Positions 30,731 to 41,488 of a DNA stretch of 64,000 nucleotides are shown piece by piece; the stretch's first letter is position 1, and the number at the start of each line of letters is the position of its first letter. The notes under the pieces are model-generated. The model had not been told where the DNA came from and did no database searches. It saw only the letters and a list, made by a program, of their open reading frames with translations. Both the position numbers and the translations under genes were made by a program. The DNA comes from Candidatus Babeliales bacterium (GTDB lineage: Bacteria; Babelota; Babeliae; Babelales; JANWKD01), in the NCBI GenBank assembly GCA_963722075.1, contig CAVRJM010000001.1, positions 960,001-1,024,000 on the forward strand, written 5' to 3'.

Positions 30731-31718
30731 AAAAATTATCAATCAGTTTTTTATCTTGATACATTTGTATATCAAGTGCAGGAAAATAACTATCTTTATA
30801 CGTTAACAACTGTTCATTTGGTTTTATAACAAGCCTGCTATCACCAAGTGAGATAACAACAGATCGAGCGCCAATTCGTTGCAATAGACCGCCATTTTTT
30901 TCTAGATGATAACGAAGCAGCCCATATTTTCTTAATAATACTGGATCGCTTTGCCCCTGCCAAAGAACCAAGTAAATACGTTTCACCTGAGCAAGCTTGC
31001 ATAATTGTGCACAATACTCAAAAGCAAGGATGCTTGGCTTTGTTATTATTAAATGATCAATAGTCGTTGATCCAAAATATTGAGTAAGCTCTCTTAGTAA
31101 GGTGTATTCAATCCAATTTTTTATAGTACCTCTAAGAGTAATTGCCGGATTAATAACGACCAATTGCTTATTATGTTGTAGCGCAATAATATCGCCTTTG
31201 CCACAAGGAATTTTTGTTACCCGCAATGAGTAAATTGGAAACAGCTTTAAAACCATTATTATAAACATTAGCGCCACCAGCAAACAAATGATTCTATATA
31301 ATCGTGATAATGGCTTTAGGTGTAAAATCAAAAATCCCAATGCTGCAATACTTATAAGAACAAACAATGGCGGTTTTGCAAACCCTATAAGCCAACCCCG
31401 CGTTGCATATGTCATAAAGAACTGCCACCACTCTGCAAAATAGCTTAAACAACTGATTACAAAATCATTAGGCACATTGCAAAGCTCCAAGAAAAAAATT
31501 GCACAACAAAGTAATAAAAAAATCGATAAAAATGGTGCAAATACTATATTCCCAATACAAGCCATGAGCGATATGGGCAATCCCCACGCAATTAAAATTG
31601 GAAACGATAAAAATAATAAAAAAAGCTGTAATTCAATGCCTTGAGCAATCCGATTACCAATACGATAGCAAACGGATAATAGTTTTGTATGTATCATAGT
31701 AGTTAAAAAATTGTTCAT
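30717..31718 (-). CDS. ComEC-like membrane protein (partial competence domain + degenerate beta-lactamase-like domain)
   Basis: FPIL...ISLMACIGNIVFAP, IDHLIITK pattern. Confidence 0.5.
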   Translation of the reverse strand: MNNFLTTMIHTKLLSVCYRIGNRIAQGIELQLFLLFLSFPILIAWGLPISLMACIGNIVFAPFLSIFLLLCCAIFFLELCNVPNDFVISCLSYFAEWWQFFMTYATRGWLIGFAKPPLFVLISIAALGFLILHLKPLSRLYRIICLLVALMFIIMVLKLFPIYSLRVTKIPCGKGDIIALQHNKQLVVINPAITLRGTIKNWIEYTLLRELTQYFGSTTIDHLIITKPSILAFEYCAQLCKLAQVKRIYLVLWQGQSDPVLLRKYGLLRYHLEKNGGLLQRIGARSVVISLGDSRLVIKPNEQLLTYKDSYFPALDIQMYQDKKLIDNFSMVA

Positions 31719-31804
31719 GTTATTATATTAATAATAACAATAATCAAAATTTTAACTACAAAAATTGACAAGAGATATTTTTACTAGAGCTATACCATTA
31801 TCGT

Positions 31805-32674
31805 TCAATGCATCAAAAAAAGTGCTTCAAAAAATTCTCTATTAGTAGGATTTGATAATTTTAATGGATGATTAAAATAAGAATTAACGGGGTATTTTTC
31901 AAGCGAAAATCCATATACATTTTCGGTTTTTAACCATAACCAATCTTTTTTTAAGCTAATACAGCTTGTTATTGTTGGTATCGCTAATTCTAAAAATACT
32001 TTATTGTTAAAAAATAGTTGCGCTAAATCTATAAAATCATTCCTATAGCGAGCGGGCAAATAAAGAACATCTGAAAAAAAGGTACATACATGATTGCGTC
32101 CCCAATTATTTTCCAATGTTTTTTTATATTTTTTTGAAACATTTTTTAACGATTTATTCATCGCATTATAACCAAAACCACTTTGCCACCAGTACCAATT
32201 TAATGCTTTGGATCCTTTAGATAGATCAATGGCAGTCCCATGATAATCATTATTTACAAAATACAAAAATTTCATTTCTGGTACCCAGATTTTGCTCGTA
32301 TCAAGATTTTCGAACAACCATGCATGCGCAACACAATCATCCATTAAAAAAAAGTACCCATCAAAAGAAGGATATTTTTTCATCGCATCAGCAAGCGCTA
32401 TGTACCCAAAATAGCCACGCGTATGATTCACTTGATGTACTTCAGGATGGTTGCTCGGTCCGTAAAAAACAATATTAGGGAAATAATTACCGTATATTTT
32501 TTTTAAAAGGGGAATCGATTCATAATGTTGATGATTATAATTTATGATTAATAAAATATTTTTAAAATCAGCAGCAAATCCCTGAGAAATAAAAAAGAAT
32601 AATAGAAATAACAAGAAATTATACCTATTCATAGTATACCTTTCATTTTTATTAAGAATAATCTTAAAGATCAT
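31805..32674 (-). CDS. Secreted protein resembling the C-terminal part of STELLO/DUF288 glycosyltransferases
   Basis: ILLIINYN, YFPNIVFYG, GYFFLMDD, FLELAIPT, HPLKLS. Confidence 0.6.
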   Translation of the reverse strand: MIFKIILNKNERYTMNRYNFLLFLLFFFISQGFAADFKNILLIINYNHQHYESIPLLKKIYGNYFPNIVFYGPSNHPEVHQVNHTRGYFGYIALADAMKKYPSFDGYFFLMDDCVAHAWLFENLDTSKIWVPEMKFLYFVNNDYHGTAIDLSKGSKALNWYWWQSGFGYNAMNKSLKNVSKKYKKTLENNWGRNHVCTFFSDVLYLPARYRNDFIDLAQLFFNNKVFLELAIPTITSCISLKKDWLWLKTENVYGFSLEKYPVNSYFNHPLKLSNPTNREFFEALFLMH

Positions 32675-32758
32675 AACAACTTTGAGGATTATTTTTCAAT
32701 AAAAAATTATTGGTATATTTATTTATTTTAATATTTACAATTATAAATATTAAAATTC

Positions 32759-33835
32759 TTAGTTTACTGTTGGCATTTGATAATTAAGGACCTTGAGATC
32801 ATCCAGCCATGCATCCATGAGCGCACGCTCATTTGTTTTGAAAAAATCATGCACTATCATAAGATCAATTAGTTCTTTAATGCGATCATCAAACTGCTTT
32901 TGTTCTGAACGCCAATCACATAAAAGCGCTAATAATTATTCAGTTTTCAAATATAAATCAAGTTCATCGATAAAATCATGCAATAGATTATGCAAATTTC
33001 TGTATTGAGCAACCGTCGGCTTTGAAAAACAGAGCGAAGCATTCAGGTCCCATAATAAGCGTTGTACCCAATAGCCACGCCAAATATCACATACCCTAAA
33101 CGATGTTGTTATTGGTAATACTAAACCCCAAAAAGCATGGTAATAAAAAATAGTATTCTGTGAATTAAAAGGGCTCATAGTATACGCAGCTAAACAAATT
33201 GGATCATGATCTTCGAATATGACTTCCTCTTGCCGCGTTAATCTAAAAATTGCATCCACATCAGGATCTATATTAGCCAAAGCTTGCTGGATGGGGATAT
33301 GCGCAGATTGCATGGCTACTGAATAATTGAAAGGTGCGGTGATTTTACTTAATGGGTAACCACGTGGCCACACGTTCGCTTGCCCAAAAAGTGCATACGG
33401 ATTAATAGCCGTTTCTACAGAAGAATATTGTAAAAGAGTAACGTGCTCAGGATAGCAATTTATATGCTCATCAATAAGCAAATTATCATCATCTGTTTCA
33501 TAAATTATTTTGGCACCATGCTCTATAGCATATAAATAGCCTATATTTTTTCTACAATAATGATTCCATGGTAACAATGGAATAATTTTATATGGAAGCT
33601 GTTCTTGAACTTCTACGCTCAGAAAATCGCAATTATCTAAATGCCAATTTGAGGGCGTCTTTTTATCGGCAACCACCACCAAGCGCCATTCTCTCAAACG
33701 TGCAAGCTTTTTTAATGTTGCAGTGGGATAATTGATAGTGGTTACTACAATCCACTTATCATGAGCTTGCACGCCTCCATAATAAAAAAAAATAACTACA
33801 ATAAGAAAATGCTCATTTGCCCAATACTTCATCAC
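32759..33835 (-). pseudogene. STELLO/DUF288 glycosyltransferase with an in-frame premature TAA at 32936-32938
   Basis: DKWIVVTTINYPT, RKNIGYLYAI, YETDDDN, PFNSQNT, DIWRGY; frame continues 58 aa past the stop, including AWLDDL. Confidence 0.8.
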
Positions 33836-34016
33836 TTCCTTTTTTTAACAATGTTTTATGAATTTATAAGTATCCCAACAGAAAATGTATTATGAACAAA
33901 TAATGTTATAACTATTACTTCCCTTTAGGATTTGAAAAAACAAAATAATTCACTAAAATGGTAGCAACCTTATCCCTATAATTTCAATAAATCCACGCAA
34001 GGAGATATTACACGGT

Positions 34017-35018
34017 ATGAAAGAAAAGATTTCTATTGTAATACCTGTTTATAATGAAGAAAATAATTTAATTCCTATGTATTCCATTATTAATGAGATT
34101 GTTCAAAAAGTTGCTGATTATTTTAGTTATGAACTGATTTTAGTTAACGACGGCAGCAAGGATAATTCTTGGTCTATTATTAAAAAATTAGCCGCTGCAG
34201 ATCCAGCAATTAAAGCAATTAATTTTAGTAGAAACTTTGGGCATCAAATTGCACTCACTGCTGGCTATGATATAGCAACCGGTGATGCTATTATCACTAT
34301 GGATGCAGATTTACAAGATCCACCTCATCTTATATTGGAGATGATTGAATCATGGAAAAAAGGAAATTTAATTGTATATGCACGGCGAGCCAACCGAAGC
34401 GATACTTTTTTAAAAAAATATACCGCACTCCTTTATTATAAATTTTTAGATTATATAGCTGACGTTAAAATACCACGTAACGTAGGTGATTTTCGCTTAA
34501 TTGATAAAAAGGTGTTACAAACGCTAAAAGAATGTCCAGAAAAATCACGCTACTTGCGCGGCATGGTTGCTTGGACTGGCTTTAAACATGATTTTATAGA
34601 TTTCAATAGATCAAATAGACATGCAGGAACTACTGGATATACATGGAATAAAATGTTTAAGCTTGCATTTGATGGGCTTACGGCATTTTCATTATTTCCA
34701 CTTAAAATTGCAGCCTTTGTTGGATTATTTGTTATGGTAACAGGAAGCCTTATGTTTAGTTATATCACCATTGATGCACTTATTTTTGGCATCGATTACC
34801 CACTTTTCAAATGGCTCGTTACTATAATTTATATTTTTATGGGCTTACAATTTATTCTTTTATGGTTAGTAGGTGAATATATTGGTAGAATTCATGAGCA
34901 ACAAAAAAATAGACCTTTATATTTAGTTGATGAATTAGTAAATTTTGAAAAAGCAATTTCGATATCAGATTCCATCATTGCTGCAAATGACCCCAAAGTA
35001 AAAGATCTTCATTATTGA
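34017..35018 (+). CDS. GT2 polyprenyl-phosphate glycosyltransferase (GtrB/YfdH-like)
   Basis: PVYNEE, NDGSKD, RNFGHQ, DADLQDPP, two C-terminal TMs, RPLY. Confidence 0.92.
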   Translation: MKEKISIVIPVYNEENNLIPMYSIINEIVQKVADYFSYELILVNDGSKDNSWSIIKKLAAADPAIKAINFSRNFGHQIALTAGYDIATGDAIITMDADLQDPPHLILEMIESWKKGNLIVYARRANRSDTFLKKYTALLYYKFLDYIADVKIPRNVGDFRLIDKKVLQTLKECPEKSRYLRGMVAWTGFKHDFIDFNRSNRHAGTTGYTWNKMFKLAFDGLTAFSLFPLKIAAFVGLFVMVTGSLMFSYITIDALIFGIDYPLFKWLVTIIYIFMGLQFILLWLVGEYIGRIHEQQKNRPLYLVDELVNFEKAISISDSIIAANDPKVKDLHY

Positions 35019-35106
35019 TTACGAGTTGAGTTTTTTATTGATTTTTTTAGAGTAATTAAAAATATTATTTCAAAAGAAAGAATTATACAATTCAAAGGAA
35101 ATTATA

Positions 35107-35796
35107 ATGAAAGCAGAATTCGATTCATATATAAAAGATTACCGCAAAGATCTTGATAATCACCTTGCATTATCGGGAGAAAATAGTAGTTTTTTTGCTG
35201 AGTATAAAGCATTAAAACTCAAGGAATGGCTGGGTAAGCAAGCGTTAACTGCACAAAAAATATTAGATTTTGGTTGCGGTGACGGGCTAATGACTAACTT
35301 TGTGAGCGTTCACCTTCCCAACGCTCAACTCTATGGCGTTGATCCTTCCCCAGATAGCATTAAAGCTGCGCAAAAAAATTATCCCCATTTACGCCTAAGT
35401 GTCAGCTATGATGAACGGTATGATTTAGATTTTCCCACCGCTTATTTTGATATTATATTTGCTGCAGGAGCGTTTCATCATATTCAATTTAAGCATCATA
35501 ACGGCTTTTATAAAGAACTATTTAGAATCTTAAAACCTAATGGCGTATTAGTTACTTTTGAGCTTAACCCACTTAATCCTCTTACTTATAGAACCTTTAA
35601 AAAAAATCCTATTGATCAACATGCCACCATGCTCAAACCATGGTATGCATATCAATTAGGTAAAGAATGGGCTCGTAAACGTTCATTAAAATTTTACTGT
35701 TTTTACCCTCATGCACTTCGATGGTTGCGTTTTTCAGAAAAATATTTAACCAAAATACCAGCAGGTGCATTATATGCTACTATTTTCACCAAATAA
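35107..35796 (+). CDS. Class I SAM-dependent methyltransferase
   Basis: ILDFGCGDG, GVDPS, LKPNG. Confidence 0.9.
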   Translation: MKAEFDSYIKDYRKDLDNHLALSGENSSFFAEYKALKLKEWLGKQALTAQKILDFGCGDGLMTNFVSVHLPNAQLYGVDPSPDSIKAAQKNYPHLRLSVSYDERYDLDFPTAYFDIIFAAGAFHHIQFKHHNGFYKELFRILKPNGVLVTFELNPLNPLTYRTFKKNPIDQHATMLKPWYAYQLGKEWARKRSLKFYCFYPHALRWLRFSEKYLTKIPAGALYATIFTK

Positions 35797-35829
35797 AGAT
35801 CGTTATTTTGCACATAAAGGGAGCAATTA

Positions 35830-37014
35830 ATGAATATCATGCTGTGCCGGCTTAATAATCTTCAACATGCGCTTGCAGGCCTTATTAAAACAGGCGTTCC
35901 GCTTATTTTTTATGATGGTCAAAAACTAGTTCCTTTTGATGCAAGTGATGATATAGGCATATATTATTTCATTCCCCGGCTTGCTTGCTTTTTTAATATA
36001 TCCCTTGAACAGAGTATCGCGTTTTTCTTTAATACCATGCTAGCGTGTTCATTTATAGCAGCCTTTGTGGGATTTTGGTGTTTATATCGTACTCTTTTTT
36101 CAAGAATTTTCATCACCGCTGAGCTATCGCTCCTTCTTTTTTTTATTATTCGGACTAAAACTTATGATGTATACCTAACCTATATCATGGCAAATTTATG
36201 TTTGATCCCATTATTTTTATATCTGTTTTTTAAAAAAAATAATTCAGCTATATTTGATATCTTTTTAATAATCGGCGGTGTAATAATAGGATCTTTACAT
36301 TATATAAGAGCTTTTTCAGCCCTGGGTGCCGGTGCATTTATCGTCTGTATGATCATATTAAATCACCAATTTTCTGGCAAAAAAAAGTCATTTTTATTAA
36401 GTTGCTTACTAGGTGGATTACTTCTTTCAGTTTGTTATTTTCAAAACATTATATATTCATATCAAAGCGCTGCTAAAAAAATATTTACCAACTACTCGGA
36501 CTTTCCTATACACCATCCTTTTTGGCATTCTATTTATATAGGCTTTGGTTTTTTAAAATTTTTAAATGACGATAATATTGAATATGCTGATCAATGTGGC
36601 ACTAATAAAGTGCAACAGCCTATAACTGCACATAATTTCAATGAATATGAAAATTATTTAAAAAATGAAGTCGCTCTTCTATGGAAAAAGAAGAAGGTAT
36701 TTTTTTTATTTACTATTTTTGCAAAAATAGGCGTCTTAATTTTGTTTTTCCTTTTTTTTACAAATATAGGCATAATTCATCTATTTTTTACCAAATCATG
36801 GGCCATTGAATGTTCTTTTATAGCATCATTTATATGCAATAGCTTACCTTGTCTTTTAGCAGTACCTTGTTTTGCTTATGGCGTTGGATTCATTACCCTG
36901 AGCACGATATATTGTATTGTGAGTATTTGCACTATATCAAGGCAAGAGCTCGTAGGAAAATTATTTACGTTAAAAAAAATAATGGGTCGAAACATTTTCT
37001 TTAACAATGCATAA
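35830..37014 (+). CDS. Polytopic membrane protein, putative GT-C glycosyltransferase
   Basis: About 10 TM; DDIG, HYIR, HPFWHSIYIG; paralog of 37932-39158. Confidence 0.55.
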   Translation: MNIMLCRLNNLQHALAGLIKTGVPLIFYDGQKLVPFDASDDIGIYYFIPRLACFFNISLEQSIAFFFNTMLACSFIAAFVGFWCLYRTLFSRIFITAELSLLLFFIIRTKTYDVYLTYIMANLCLIPLFLYLFFKKNNSAIFDIFLIIGGVIIGSLHYIRAFSALGAGAFIVCMIILNHQFSGKKKSFLLSCLLGGLLLSVCYFQNIIYSYQSAAKKIFTNYSDFPIHHPFWHSIYIGFGFLKFLNDDNIEYADQCGTNKVQQPITAHNFNEYENYLKNEVALLWKKKKVFFLFTIFAKIGVLILFFLFFTNIGIIHLFFTKSWAIECSFIASFICNSLPCLLAVPCFAYGVGFITLSTIYCIVSICTISRQELVGKLFTLKKIMGRNIFFNNA

Positions 37015-37942
37015 AAAATTAATTTCAATCATATTACCTGTTTATAATGAGCAGCATAATATTCCATTGGTATATAAAGAAATTATCAAGCATGTAAAAG
37101 ATACCACTTATAACTTTGAAATTATTTTTATTAATGATGGTAGTAAGGATAAGTCATGGGAAACCATTAAACAACGTGCCTCATCTGATTCTCAAGTAAA
37201 GGGGGTTAATTTTATAAGAAATTTTGGTCATCAAGCTGCTTTAATGGCTGGGTATCATTATGCTTCTGGAGAGGCTATTATTTCAATGGATACCGATCTA
37301 CAACATCCTCCTGAAATGATTCCTTCCATGATTATTGCTTGGCAGCAAGGTTTTGACATTGTATATATTCAGAATGTAAAACGTAATGATAATTTTTTGA
37401 AAAAAATCACAGCTGCGTGTTATTACAAATTCCTTGAAAAATCAGCCCATATAAAAACACCACGCAATGTAGCCGATTTTAGATTGATTGATAAAAAAGT
37501 GAGAGATATTGTTATTACCTTACCCGAGAAAGCATTATACCTGCGCGGTCTAATAGCATGGGTAGGTTTCTCATATACTATTATTCCTTGTATATTTGCT
37601 AAACGGCATGCTGGTCAACCAGGATATACTTGGCATAAAATGATCAAACTCGCCCTGGATGGTATTTTTGGATTTTGCACTTCTCCTTTTAAAATGTTGT
37701 ACTTTATTTCTTTATTTATTATAAATAGCGGGTTAACGTGTCTCATATATCATATAGTATATCCATACCCTATGATGCACTATTCCTCTTTAACAGTAAT
37801 TATAACCGTAACGTATATGCTATTGGGGATACAGTTTTTTCTCATTGGGCTATTATATCATCACTTAAGTATTTTTTATCAAGCAATAAAAAAACGTCCT
37901 ACCTATATTATTACTGATTTACACAGCCATTTTAAGAATTAA
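37007..37942 (+). CDS. GT2 polyprenyl-phosphate glycosyltransferase (second GtrB-like)
   Basis: PVYNEQ, NDGSKD, RNFGHQ, DTDLQHPP. Confidence 0.9.
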   Translation: MHKKLISIILPVYNEQHNIPLVYKEIIKHVKDTTYNFEIIFINDGSKDKSWETIKQRASSDSQVKGVNFIRNFGHQAALMAGYHYASGEAIISMDTDLQHPPEMIPSMIIAWQQGFDIVYIQNVKRNDNFLKKITAACYYKFLEKSAHIKTPRNVADFRLIDKKVRDIVITLPEKALYLRGLIAWVGFSYTIIPCIFAKRHAGQPGYTWHKMIKLALDGIFGFCTSPFKMLYFISLFIINSGLTCLIYHIVYPYPMMHYSSLTVIITVTYMLLGIQFFLIGLLYHHLSIFYQAIKKRPTYIITDLHSHFKN

Positions 37943-39158
37943 GAAATTGAAGATTACGCACTCTTTTTTTAAATGCACGCTTACTATAGTTAATTAAGAA
38001 GGCTTGATTCATTTCCAAATAATGACTAAGGCTTATTATGCCATATAGTATACATAAGGTTATAAATGATAATGTATAATTACTAAATGGTAATGCGATA
38101 AATGGAAAAACAATACTCGTCAAAATAGCCATTATAAATGATAATTCAAGAGTAAATGATTTAGGACAATAATACGCAGCAAGCAACCCAATGTTGGCAA
38201 AAAATAATAGATAAAAAAGTAAAATGCCTATTTTTGCAAATAGTGTTGCTGCAATAAAAAATGGTTTAGTTTTAATTAAATGAATAACTTCATCCTTAAC
38301 TATTTTTTCATACTCATCCATTTGAAATAAGGAAATACTCGGATCCTTTTTTTCAACCATGCGAAACACACAACCATCATCAAATTCGATATTATCGTCA
38401 TTTTTCCATCGTAATAAACCCAATCCAGCATATACCGTATGCCAGAATGGATGCTTTGTTGGGAAACAAGCAAGATCACTAAAATGGGTTCGCGCATATT
38501 CGTCGTATTTACGCATTTGATTATTAAAGTAATACCATGGTACTAAAGATGAACATAGTAACGCCCCTAAAAGAATGGCTTTTTGCTTCATTAACAACCG
38601 CGTTGATAAAAATATAGCCATCATTATAAAAACCCAAACTGCTAATCCTGAATGAGAACGAATATAATGAAAAGAGCTCAAAGTAAATCCTGATAACAAA
38701 AGAACGCCAAGGAGTTTATTAAATGCCTCACTTCTTTCAAGATAATATAAAAATGGCGGGATGATACCAATAACCATTGCAAAATAAGCAATATACACAT
38801 CTACCGCGGCTACTTTAGTTACAAAAAGGAGAAAAAACATACCCATCGTTGTTGCAACACGTGCACTCAAAGAACGATACATTAATAATAAATAAAAAAA
38901 ACCTATGACAAATGCCATATATTTTATGCCATAGAAAAAAACATCAATACCTTGTTGCACTGAAAGATTACACCAATTGATTAATTTGGGTATCAAAATA
39001 AAAATACCAACATCATCAAAAGAGCCGGTCCAACGTTGAGTATTCCCGGTAAAGGGAATAAATGAAGCACCATCAAAACCTATTAAGGGTACATTAATTT
39101 TACCAAATGCCTGCACTATATAATCGATCATTATATACCGTGAAATGAGAATATTCAT
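37932..39158 (-). CDS. Polytopic membrane protein, putative GT-C glycosyltransferase
   Basis: DDVG, HYIR, HPFWHTVYAG; paralog of 35830-37014. Confidence 0.55.
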   Translation of the reverse strand: MNILISRYIMIDYIVQAFGKINVPLIGFDGASFIPFTGNTQRWTGSFDDVGIFILIPKLINWCNLSVQQGIDVFFYGIKYMAFVIGFFYLLLMYRSLSARVATTMGMFFLLFVTKVAAVDVYIAYFAMVIGIIPPFLYYLERSEAFNKLLGVLLLSGFTLSSFHYIRSHSGLAVWVFIMMAIFLSTRLLMKQKAILLGALLCSSLVPWYYFNNQMRKYDEYARTHFSDLACFPTKHPFWHTVYAGLGLLRWKNDDNIEFDDGCVFRMVEKKDPSISLFQMDEYEKIVKDEVIHLIKTKPFFIAATLFAKIGILLFYLLFFANIGLLAAYYCPKSFTLELSFIMAILTSIVFPFIALPFSNYTLSFITLCILYGIISLSHYLEMNQAFLINYSKRAFKKRVRNLQFLNS

Positions 39159-39173
39159 ACCATTCCTTTTTGA

Positions 39174-39878
39174 TTATATTTTATACAGCTCATTGAAATT
39201 TAAATTAAATAATGACTTAATACTATACAAAAACCGTAGATAACCATTATGTTCTTTCTTGGGCTTTGGTTTACTATTCATCGTTTGAACTTTTTCTTTT
39301 AAACGATCGAATTTTTCTTTATACGATCTAACAATAGTAACACGATCCGTTACCACCATATTTTCTTCATTACGCGTTAAACCCCCTTGTGTGGTGTTTG
39401 CTGAACCAAACATCACCAGCGCTTTATTATATAAGTTCATACTAAAATGCCACACTTTATTATGCATTATAGAAAATGATTTTCTATAAACATACACTTT
39501 AATGCCGTGCTTTTTTAACTGAGTAATTTTCTCATATTTGCTTTCTAAACAACTTTTATCAGTTATAATTTCTATACTAACACCGCGTCGGCGCGCGCTA
39601 ACTAATGCATCAACAATATCTGGATCTGTCAATTGATAAACCGCCGCTCTAATTGCTCTTTTTTCGTGATGAATTAACCCAATGAGCACTTGTTTGAGTG
39701 GATCATCAGGTACAAAAAATACTCCTTCTATTTTATTAAGCGGTTTTATTAACTGGGCTTTTGCATAATTCATACATTCAACGATATCGTAATTAACTTG
39801 CGTAGAGGTTAAAAAGAAATAACCAAAAATTAATAAAAAAGAAAGGGCTGTAGTAATAAAGGTTGAGTTATCAGTCAT
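39174..39878 (-). CDS. Phospholipase D/Nuc-like protein (single HxK motif)
   Basis: AVYQLT, ARRRGV, MHNK, GSANTT, NEEN. Confidence 0.85.
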   Translation of the reverse strand: MTDNSTFITTALSFLLIFGYFFLTSTQVNYDIVECMNYAKAQLIKPLNKIEGVFFVPDDPLKQVLIGLIHHEKRAIRAAVYQLTDPDIVDALVSARRRGVSIEIITDKSCLESKYEKITQLKKHGIKVYVYRKSFSIMHNKVWHFSMNLYNKALVMFGSANTTQGGLTRNEENMVVTDRVTIVRSYKEKFDRLKEKVQTMNSKPKPKKEHNGYLRFLYSIKSLFNLNFNELYKI

Positions 39879-41041
39879 TTATTCGCCCAATGCTCCGTAA
39901 TGGCATAACTTACTGGATGATTTAAACCGTTGTAAGCCCGTTCCAGCTTTTTACAATCTTCTTCAACCATTAACCTAACCAGTTCATTAAATGTTGTTTG
40001 TGGGCGCCAGTGCAATCCATGCCATGCTTTTTGGGCATCTCCTAAAAGATAATCAACTTCTGTAGGCCTAAAATAAAGTGGATCAATAAGCACTAATGGT
40101 TTTTTCGTTTGCGCATCAACTCCTTGCTCATGAATACCTTCACCCTGCCATTCAATAGTAATACCAATATGAGCAAATGCTTGTTCAACAAATTCACGCA
40201 CCGAATGGGCCTGACCGGTAGCAATAACATAATCATCCGGAACCTCTTGTTGCAACATTAACCACATAGCTTCTACATATTCTTTTGCGTATCCCCAATC
40301 GCGTTTGGCGTCCAAATTGCCTAGATACAATTTTTCTTGCAACCCATATTTTATATGAGCTACCGCTCGCGTAATTTTACGCGTTACGAATGTTTCCCCA
40401 CGGATTGGTGATTCATGATTAAACAAAATACCATTGCAGGCAAATATACCGTACGCTTCTCTATAATTTACGGTAATCCAATAGGCATATAATTTTGCAA
40501 TAGCATACGGAGAACATGGATGAAACGGTGTTAATTCATTTTGCGGTGGAAGAGAACTGCCATACATTTCACTGGTGGAAGCTTGATAAAATTTAACCTT
40601 CTTGGTTAATCCCAATAATCTAATTGCTTCAAGAATGCGTAACGTCCCAATGGCATCAGCATTTGCCGTATATTCGGGCGTTTCAAATGATACTGCCACA
40701 TGACTTTGCGCCGCTAAATTATAAATCTCATCAGGCTGTGCCTCCTGAATGATACGAATAACATTAGTGCTATCGGTTAAATCTCCATAATGTAAAATAA
40801 AATTTCGCTTATCGAAATCATGCATATCTTGATATAAATGATCAATGCGCGCTGTATTAAGTGACGATGATCTTCTTTTTATGCCATGTACTATATACCC
40901 TTTTTTGAGTAAAAATTCTGCTAAATAGGCACCGTCTTGACCAGTTATACCAGTAATTAAAGCAACTTTTGGATTTTCGACTTCTGACCAGATTGGATTA
41001 TAGAGAAATAATGCATATGTTAACCATAGAATTTTTTTCAT
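39875..41041 (-). CDS. gmd: GDP-mannose 4,6-dehydratase
   Basis: [37 protein letters not shown]. Confidence 0.96.
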   Translation of the reverse strand: MKKILWLTYALFLYNPIWSEVENPKVALITGITGQDGAYLAEFLLKKGYIVHGIKRRSSSLNTARIDHLYQDMHDFDKRNFILHYGDLTDSTNVIRIIQEAQPDEIYNLAAQSHVAVSFETPEYTANADAIGTLRILEAIRLLGLTKKVKFYQASTSEMYGSSLPPQNELTPFHPCSPYAIAKLYAYWITVNYREAYGIFACNGILFNHESPIRGETFVTRKITRAVAHIKYGLQEKLYLGNLDAKRDWGYAKEYVEAMWLMLQQEVPDDYVIATGQAHSVREFVEQAFAHIGITIEWQGEGIHEQGVDAQTKKPLVLIDPLYFRPTEVDYLLGDAQKAWHGLHWRPQTTFNELVRLMVEEDCKKLERAYNGLNHPVSYAITEHWANK

Positions 41042-41115
41042 TTCAACTTCCTTCTTTTAAACTTAATATCAAATGAATATAAGAAGTTTTTTCAATTGAT
41101 GTAAATTTGAAAATG

Positions 41116-41387
41116 GCGTCGTTGCGAGTTTACGAAGCAATCCAGGCTAATTATATATCTTTATTTTTTAGCTATGTACAAAATCATTTCTTGGCCAATT
41201 TTCTTGGTTTGCATTTTGTTTTGTGTTTTTATTTTAAAATGACACTAATTTAATTAATCTTGTATTGTAATTTTAATTTATTCTTTCACTATTTATAGCA
41301 TTATATATTATTTATTTTAATCTGGATTGCTTCGACAAGCCATGTCCGCCCGAAGCCCTATCGGGCGAAGGCGGATCGCAACGACGT
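41116..41387. repeat. REPIN/MITE-like element: inverted REP pair around an AT-rich spacer
   Basis: CGTCGTTGCGA..GAAGCAATCCAG at left, CTGGATTGCTTCG...TCGCAACGACG at right. Confidence 0.75.
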
Positions 41388-41488
41388 CTTTTTCTAAATC
41401 TTATACCATTTAACTATGAGCATGATTTTATAATGCTTTTAAAAAAATTCAACAGTCCAAGAAAATAATCCCATTTTTGAGAAGAATG

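Noticed and set aside
32936..32938. Stop-codon recoding or alternative genetic code
   Set aside because: TAA terminates many genes normally in this window; a single nonsense mutation or sequencing error is simpler
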